A stretch of 64,000 nucleotides of DNA from Rhabdothermincola salaria. GTDB taxonomy: Bacteria; Actinomycetota; Acidimicrobiia; Acidimicrobiales; Acidimicrobilacustridaceae. The notes under the pieces are model-generated. The model was not told the origin of the DNA. It was given only the letters and a program-made list of their open reading frames with translations, and made no database searches. Within the stretch, counting starts at the first letter, position 1. Every line of letters starts with the position of its first letter. The stretch is from NCBI RefSeq assembly GCF_021246445.1, contig NZ_JAJQXW010000001.1, positions 1,444,168 to 1,508,167 of the forward strand. The letters run 5' to 3'. Positions 57,904 through 64,000 of this stretch are shown one piece after another. The translations under genes were made by a program, and so were the position numbers.

Positions 57904-60591
57904 ATGGCCCGCACCGTCGCCGTCGTGCCCCACACCCACTGGGACCGCGAGTGGTACGCCCCCTTCCAGATCTTCCGGCTGAAGCTGGTCGACCTGCTCG
58001 ACGAGCTCCTCCCCCGCCTGGAGGCGGACCCGGGCTACGCCCACTTCCTCCTCGACGGGCAGATGGCCGTCGTCGACGACTACCTCGCCGTGCGACCCGA
58101 GGCCGAACCCCGGCTGCGGCGGCTCGGGGCGTCGGGCCGCCTGGGCGTGGGCCCTTGGTACGTGTTGATGGACGAGTTCCTGGTGTCCGGCGAGACCATC
58201 GTGCGGGACCTGCAGATGGGGTTCGACCGGGCCGCCGCCTTCGGTGGGGCCATGGAGGTCGGCTACCTGCCCGACATGTTCGGCCACGTGGCCCAGATGC
58301 CCCAGCTGCTGGCCCAGTTCGGCCTCCAGCACGCGGTGGTGTGGCGGGGCGTGCCCGCGGCCGTCGATCGCACCGGCTTCTGGTGGCAGGCGCCGGACGG
58401 CTCTCGGGTGCGGGCCGAGTACCTGCCCGAGGGCTACGGCAACGGCGCCACGCTGCCCGACGACGCCAAGGACCTGGTCGCCATGGTGCGGCGCTACGAG
58501 CGGCTCCACGCCGACATGCTCGTCGGCGACATCCTCTGGATGAACGGCACCGACCACCAGATGCCCCAGCCCTGGCTGGGGCGGGTGATCGCCGAGGCCA
58601 ACGCCGTCCAGGACGACTACCACTTCGTGGTCACGGGCCTGGCCGACCACGTCACCCGGGCCCCCACCACGGCCCTCCCCGAGTGGCACGGGGAGCTGCG
58701 CTCCGGGGCCCGGGCCAACCTGTTGATGGGCGTCGTCTCCAACCGTGTCGACGTGCGCCGCGCCGCCTCGCGAGCCGAGACGGGCCTCGAGCGGCGGGCC
58801 GAACCCCTCTCGGCGTTGTACGTGCCGCCCGAGGCGTGGCCGGAGGCCTTCCTCGCCGAGGCGTGGCGCGACGTCGTCCTCGACGCCGCCCACGATTCCA
58901 GCTGCGCGTGCTCCGACGACGCCGTGGTCGACGCCGTCCTGGTCCGCTACGCCGAGGCGGCCCAGATCGCCGATGGCCTCACCGAGCGGGCTGTGGCCCA
59001 CCTGGCCGACAGCCTGACCGAGGCCGGACCGCTCGTCGTCAACCCGACGCACCGGCGCCGCGACGGACTGTTCGAGCTGCGCTTCCCCGGCCACGAACCG
59101 TGCCCCCACACGCAGGTCCTCACTCTCGACGACGGCGAGCAACGATCCGACGGCATCACCCGACGCGACTGCGTGACGTTGGTGCAGGCCGCGCTCGACG
59201 ACCACCCCCACCTGCTCGAGGCCGAGGCCACCGTCGAGGTCGACGGGGTGCTCGACGTGCGCCTGCACCACGATCCCAGCCGCCGCCAGGTCCGCTACGC
59301 CGGATCCATCCGGGCCGAGGTGGGCGAGCTGGCGGCCGCCGCACCCGACGCCCCCGCACGACTCACCATCACGGTGCCCCCTGCGCACGCCGCCGTCGTG
59401 CGGGCCCGCGACGTGCCCGGCTTCGGGTGGACCACCTGGGAGCCCCGGCCGCACGACGTCGACGCGGTGGCCCCCACCGAGGACGGGCTCGGTCTGGGCA
59501 ACGGGCTGATCGAGGTCGTCGTCGATCCCGGTTCAGGCACGTTCTCGCTGCAGGAGCTCACCGCCGCCGGGCGCCGCACTGCCGGCCTCGGCCGCCTGGT
59601 CGACGGCGGCGACACCGGTGACACCTACAACCACAACCCACCCACCCACGACACGGTGATCGACGCGCCCCACGAGGTGCAGGTCGCGCTCCTCGAAGAG
59701 GGCCCGCTGCGAGGCCGCCTCGAGATCGTGGGCACCCACGCCTGGCCGGCCGGAGCCGACGGCGACCGCCGCGTCGGATCGGTGCCCACCGAGGTCCGCA
59801 CCGTGCTGGAGGTCCAGGCCGGCTCGCCTCTGGTGCGCGTCACCACCGGGTTCGTGAACGCCAGCCGCGACCACCGGCTGCGCACCTGGCTCCCGCTCCC
59901 GGAGCGGACCGACCGGTCGTTCGCCGAGTGCGCCTTCGCCGTCGTGGAACGGGGTCTGGTGGCCGAGGGCGGCCCGACCGAGCGACCGTTGGCCACCTAT
60001 CCGTCGCGCCGTTTCGTCGCCGCCGGCGGGCTGGTGGTGGTCCACGAAGGGCTCCACGAGTACGAGCTGGTGGACCTCGACGACGACACGCACCCCGCTT
60101 CAGCCGGCGCGCTGGCGGTGACCTTGCTGCGGGCCACCGGCCTGCTCTCGAACGGGCCCATGGCCGCCCGCCCGCTCCCGGCCGGACCGGTGCGGCCCAC
60201 CCCGGGCGCCCAGGTGCTCGGCCCTCACACGGTGCGCTACGGCGTGGCGTTCGACGACCCTCCGGCCGACCGGCCGACCGAGCGATGGGCCCAGGCCCAT
60301 GCGCTGGCCGACGACCTGCTGGTACCCCTGTTGGTCACCCGCGCCGAGGGTGGCGGCGACCGCCCCTCGTCCGGCCAGGCCCTCTCGGTGACGGGCGCCG
60401 AGGTCACCGCCGTGCAACGCCGCGGCCCGTCGCTCGAAGTACGGGTGGTCAACGCCTCCGACGCGGACACGATGGTCGAGGTGGAGGGCCGCCGCGGTTG
60501 GGTCCTCGACCTGCGCGGGCGTCCCGTGGAGCCGTTCGAGGGGACGGTCGAGCTGGCACCCTGGCGCATCGCCACCCTGCTGCTGGACTGA
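57904..60591 (+). CDS. GH38 alpha-mannosidase (MngB-like)
   Basis: PHTHWDREWY, LDGQ, GPWY, YLPDMFGH, NGTDH, AHDS. Confidence 0.92.
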   Translation: MARTVAVVPHTHWDREWYAPFQIFRLKLVDLLDELLPRLEADPGYAHFLLDGQMAVVDDYLAVRPEAEPRLRRLGASGRLGVGPWYVLMDEFLVSGETIVRDLQMGFDRAAAFGGAMEVGYLPDMFGHVAQMPQLLAQFGLQHAVVWRGVPAAVDRTGFWWQAPDGSRVRAEYLPEGYGNGATLPDDAKDLVAMVRRYERLHADMLVGDILWMNGTDHQMPQPWLGRVIAEANAVQDDYHFVVTGLADHVTRAPTTALPEWHGELRSGARANLLMGVVSNRVDVRRAASRAETGLERRAEPLSALYVPPEAWPEAFLAEAWRDVVLDAAHDSSCACSDDAVVDAVLVRYAEAAQIADGLTERAVAHLADSLTEAGPLVVNPTHRRRDGLFELRFPGHEPCPHTQVLTLDDGEQRSDGITRRDCVTLVQAALDDHPHLLEAEATVEVDGVLDVRLHHDPSRRQVRYAGSIRAEVGELAAAAPDAPARLTITVPPAHAAVVRARDVPGFGWTTWEPRPHDVDAVAPTEDGLGLGNGLIEVVVDPGSGTFSLQELTAAGRRTAGLGRLVDGGDTGDTYNHNPPTHDTVIDAPHEVQVALLEEGPLRGRLEIVGTHAWPAGADGDRRVGSVPTEVRTVLEVQAGSPLVRVTTGFVNASRDHRLRTWLPLPERTDRSFAECAFAVVERGLVAEGGPTERPLATYPSRRFVAAGGLVVVHEGLHEYELVDLDDDTHPASAGALAVTLLRATGLLSNGPMAARPLPAGPVRPTPGAQVLGPHTVRYGVAFDDPPADRPTERWAQAHALADDLLVPLLVTRAEGGGDRPSSGQALSVTGAEVTAVQRRGPSLEVRVVNASDADTMVEVEGRRGWVLDLRGRPVEPFEGTVELAPWRIATLLLD

Positions 60592-60624
60592 GCACCGGCC
60601 TGGCCACCCACACCGACGCTTCTC

Positions 60625-60662
60625 GCATGGTTTCGGCGTGCCAGAGCGCGCCGAAACCATGC
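60625..60662. terminator. 14-bp-stem hairpin between convergent genes
   Basis: GCATGGTTTCGGCG-N10-CGCCGAAACCATGC. Confidence 0.65.
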
Positions 60663-60686
60663 AACTGGCTCTCAGGTCGGTCCCTC

Positions 60687-62507
60687 TCAGGTCGATCCCT
60701 CGCCGGTGGTCGCCACCGGGTGCCCGCGGTCGCCGTCGGTGCCACTCGTGTAGGACCGCCAACCGCCGTGGCCGGTGATGTCCACCGCCCCGGCCAGGCC
60801 CCCGGACTCGCACACGAACCCGAGGCGCTCCTCGCCGTCGGCCAGGCGCACCGACCCGATGGCCAGGGGCGGCGCGACCAGCGTCATCAGCTCGCCCAGC
60901 CGGGCCAGGGGGATCGACCACACCTCGACCTCGATGGCGCGGCCACCGGACTCCACGCGCTCGAGGGCCGGACGGTCGGGCGGTCGGGCCGCGAGGTGGT
61001 GGAAGCGGTAGTGGACGTCGGTGCTGGTACGGCGCACCAGCACCGCGTCTCGCTCCAGCAGCTGGCGTTCGAGGGGGAACCCGGTCATGTGGGCCCCGGC
61101 CACCACCAGCTCGACCCGGGCCCGCACGTCACCCGGGGTCGGCGCCGGCTGGTCGAGAGCCCCGTCGGGCTCGCCGGTGAGCAGCTCCGCCAGGGCCACG
61201 AGCATGCCCTCGCGCCCGGCGGGGGCCAGCAACGTCACGCCGAGGGGCACGGCCGGGTGCGAGCGGGGCGCCGACGGGACCGGCACAGCGATGGCGGCCA
61301 GCCCGAGGAGGTTGGCGAAGTTGGTGAAGCGCCCCAGGTGGCGGTTCACGTCCACGGGATCGGCCGCCACCTCCTCGAGGGTGGCCAGCCACGGCACGGT
61401 GGGCACCACCAGCACGTCGACCCGGCGCCACAATTCCTCCAGCGGACCGCGCACCAGGCGTCGCCGGGTGCGTTCGGAGCGGTAGACGTCGACCGCGGAC
61501 CAGCGGTCCCCGGCCAGGATGATGTCGGCCACCACCGGGTTCACGTCGCGTCGGTGGGCGGCGATGAAGTCGCCGACGGCGGCGGTGCGTTCGGCCAACC
61601 AGGGCCCCTCGTAGAGCAGGTCCCCCACGGCGAACAGCGCCCCGCTGTCGACGGCGACCACCGCGACGGTGGGATCGAGGCGGTCGGCCACCCATCGCAT
61701 GCCGTCGACCACTCCAGGAGCGCAGCCACCCAGCCCCACCTGATCCAGCACACCGACCCGACCCGGGCTGACCGGCCGCCACGGACCGGCCGGGTCGAGG
61801 AGCCGTCCGGCCACGAGAGCCCCGGCCAGATCCGCGGCGAACACCGACACGCAGTCGAGGGTCCAGGAGGCAGGAACGACCCCGTCGTTCGAGACCCGCC
61901 CGGGTGGAGCCTTCCAACCGAACACCCCGTTCATGGCGGCCGGCACGCGCCCCGAGCCGGCCGTGTCGGTGCCGACGGCGAGGGTGACCAGACCCCGGGC
62001 CACGGCCACGGCGGACCCCGACGACGAGCCACCCGGCACCAGCGCCGGATCGAGGGCGTTGGGCGGGGGCGTCTCGCTGCGGACACCCACGAGGCCGGTG
62101 GCGAACTGGTCCATGTTGGCCTTGGCGACCACGATCGCGCCCGCCTCCTCGAGGCGTTGCACCGCCGGAGCGGATCGCTCGGGGCGGTAGGCGTAGGCCT
62201 CGCAGCCGGCGGTGGTGGGCAGCCCAGCGACGTCGACGTTGTCCTTCACCACGACCGGCACGCCGTAGAGGGGCAGGGCCGCGAACGGGTCAGACCCGGC
62301 GTCGCCTCGCCGGCGGAGCAGCGCGCCGACCTCGGCCTCGGCGGCGGCGCGGTCGATCACCGACAGCAGCGTCCCGTCGGCCAGCGCGCCGTCACATCGC
62401 GCCAGCACCTCACCGATCACGGTGCGCGGGTCGGCCGACCCCTCGCGGTACGAGGTCCGCAGCGAACCCAACCGCAGGTCTCGACGGTTCGGTCCCGAGG
62501 TGCTCAC
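60687..62507 (-). CDS. atzF: Allophanate hydrolase (amidase-signature family with C-terminal domain)
   Basis: [49 protein letters not shown] overlap with biuH. Confidence 0.9.
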   Translation of the reverse strand: MSTSGPNRRDLRLGSLRTSYREGSADPRTVIGEVLARCDGALADGTLLSVIDRAAAEAEVGALLRRRGDAGSDPFAALPLYGVPVVVKDNVDVAGLPTTAGCEAYAYRPERSAPAVQRLEEAGAIVVAKANMDQFATGLVGVRSETPPPNALDPALVPGGSSSGSAVAVARGLVTLAVGTDTAGSGRVPAAMNGVFGWKAPPGRVSNDGVVPASWTLDCVSVFAADLAGALVAGRLLDPAGPWRPVSPGRVGVLDQVGLGGCAPGVVDGMRWVADRLDPTVAVVAVDSGALFAVGDLLYEGPWLAERTAAVGDFIAAHRRDVNPVVADIILAGDRWSAVDVYRSERTRRRLVRGPLEELWRRVDVLVVPTVPWLATLEEVAADPVDVNRHLGRFTNFANLLGLAAIAVPVPSAPRSHPAVPLGVTLLAPAGREGMLVALAELLTGEPDGALDQPAPTPGDVRARVELVVAGAHMTGFPLERQLLERDAVLVRRTSTDVHYRFHHLAARPPDRPALERVESGGRAIEVEVWSIPLARLGELMTLVAPPLAIGSVRLADGEERLGFVCESGGLAGAVDITGHGGWRSYTSGTDGDRGHPVATTGEGST

Positions 62508-63220
62508 GAGCCCGCCATGGCCGACAACAGGGCGGACGACGGCGCCACCGCTCCGAAGACGCCGCCTTGCATCTTCACCATCTCGAGGGCGGCCCCGTAG
62601 TTGCCGACGTCGGTGGCTCCGGTGCAGTCGCTCAGCAGCAGGCACTCGTAGCCGCGGTCGTTGGCCTCACGCATGGTCGTGTGCACGCACACGTCCGTGG
62701 TGATGCCGGTGAGCACCAGATGGGTGATGCCGGCGGTGCGTAGCACCAGGTCGAGATCGGTCGCGTAGAACGCGCCCTTGCCGGGCTTGTCGATGATCAC
62801 CTCGCCGTCGACGGGGGCCACCTCGGGGACGATCTCCCACCCGGGCTCGCCCCGCACGAGGATCCGCCCGCACGGACCGGCATCCCCGATGCCGGCGCCG
62901 ATGCGCTGGGACCGCCACAGCTTGTTCGGCGGGCAATCGGACAGATCGGGGCGATGCCCCTCGCGGGTGTGCACGACCAACCAGCCCGCCTCGCGGGCCG
63001 CGGCCAACACCCGCTGGGTGGGCTCGAGGCCGGCCCGGGTGAGGGCCAGGTCGTAGCCCATGGCGTCGACGTAGCCGCCGGGACCGCAGAAGTCGGCCTG
63101 CCAGTCGATGAGGACGAGAGCGATCGCGCCGGCCGCCACGGAGCCCTCGAAGGGCCAGGGGTAGGGCTCGGCGGCGACGGTGGCGACGGTGGGTCGCTCG
63201 GTGGTGGTGTCGGGGCTCAT
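62504..63220 (-). CDS. biuH: Biuret hydrolase (cysteine hydrolase)
   Basis: [45 protein letters not shown] match characterised BiuH motifs; adjacent to atzF. Confidence 0.85.
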   Translation of the reverse strand: MSPDTTTERPTVATVAAEPYPWPFEGSVAAGAIALVLIDWQADFCGPGGYVDAMGYDLALTRAGLEPTQRVLAAAREAGWLVVHTREGHRPDLSDCPPNKLWRSQRIGAGIGDAGPCGRILVRGEPGWEIVPEVAPVDGEVIIDKPGKGAFYATDLDLVLRTAGITHLVLTGITTDVCVHTTMREANDRGYECLLLSDCTGATDVGNYGAALEMVKMQGGVFGAVAPSSALLSAMAGS

Positions 63221-63843
63221 GGTCGGGACTCCTGGGTGGAGGGGACGGGAGAGGGCGAAACCGCGGGGGCGAGCACCTTCAGCACCGCGTCGAGGCCGAC
63301 GACGGCACCGAAGATGCCGCCGGACATGCACACGCTCGACAGCGAACCGGCGACGAGGTCGGCGTCGGCGGCGGCGCAGGCGTCGGTCACGAGCACGCAT
63401 TCCAGACCGCGGTCGTTGGCGCTGCGCAGCGTGGAGTGCACCGGGCCCTCGAGCCCGAGGCCGGCCACGATGAGCTGGTCGATGCCGTTGGTGCGCAGGG
63501 TGAGGTCGAGCTCGCCGGCGAAGAAGCCGTCGATTCCCGAGCTCGACACGGCGATGGTGGTCGGTGGCAGCCGATCGACCGGGAGGGACGGGACGACGGC
63601 CGACGCGGGCGAGGCGCCTCGGCGCAGTCGCTGGTGGGAGACGGAGACGACCTGGCCGCCGACCGCGACCACGGCGGCGGCGAGGCCCACGCAGCGGGCG
63701 ACGACCTCGTCGGGGTCCTCCACGACGGAGGCCCAGTGCCGGTCCCACCCCACGAGGAGGAGGCCCAGCGAAGGCGGGCGCAAGCCGTCGTACGGCCACG
63801 GGTAAGGCTCCGAGGCCACCTGGCGCACGGGTTCAGCGACCAC
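63217..63843 (-). CDS. BiuH-like cysteine-hydrolase paralog lacking the catalytic triad
   Basis: Shares EPYPWP, ANDRG.EC and GG.FG with BiuH but has VGWD, SSSG and LEGPVH at the Asp, Lys and Cys positions. Confidence 0.75.
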   Translation of the reverse strand: MVAEPVRQVASEPYPWPYDGLRPPSLGLLLVGWDRHWASVVEDPDEVVARCVGLAAAVVAVGGQVVSVSHQRLRRGASPASAVVPSLPVDRLPPTTIAVSSSGIDGFFAGELDLTLRTNGIDQLIVAGLGLEGPVHSTLRSANDRGLECVLVTDACAAADADLVAGSLSSVCMSGGIFGAVVGLDAVLKVLAPAVSPSPVPSTQESRP

Positions 63844-64000
63844 GTCGGACCTCCTGACAGCACAGGGCGGGGGCGAGGGACACGAGCAGTTCGACCAGCC
63901 GGTCGGGGGCGTCGAGTTGGGGAAGGTGGCCGACGTCGGCCAGCGGGTGGACGGCGGCGCCGGCGGAGGCGGCGAGCACCTCCGCCACCTGGTGGCGGGC
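63833..64000 (-). CDS. Alpha/beta-hydrolase C-terminal fragment (runs off the window edge)
   Basis: Manual translation ...HPLADVGHLPQLDAPDRLVELL...RRGR*; GH-x-P catalytic His motif. Confidence 0.6.
   Translation of the reverse strand, partial: ARHQVAEVLAASAGAAVHPLADVGHLPQLDAPDRLVELLVSLAPALCCQEVRRGR

Overview
Very GC-rich, gene-dense chromosomal window from an actinobacterium. Acidimicrobiia is inferred from the gene content: mycothiol amidase Mca, four F420-type LLM oxidoreductases, actinobacterial DnaE2/ImuA'/ImuB and many leaderless genes. About 58 CDS can be supported. They cover lipid and redox metabolism, two Ser/Thr kinases, transporters, RNase HII, a GH38 mannosidase and a biuret hydrolase-allophanate hydrolase operon. 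I found no rRNA, tRNA, transposase, phage or CRISPR. Main observations: (1) a 74-bp tandem repeat at the imuA'/imuB junction, each unit a 25-codon mini-ORF coupled by GTGA overlaps (MIRU-like relay); (2) a near-identical ~0.97-kb duplication that gives a GH43 glycosidase and an S8 protease the same C-terminal repeat module and 3' flank, lying between imuB and dnaE2; (3) a DUF4914-type protein that appears to keep the PEP-carboxykinase catalytic motifs; (4) a biuret-hydrolase paralog lacking the catalytic residues, coupled to an intact one; (5) two LexA boxes, PafBC-type and sigma28-type promoter candidates; (6) a BIME-like A-B-A-B intergenic element. All family calls come from recognising motifs by eye, not from database searches. 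Several start codons were moved downstream of the ORF-track starts.
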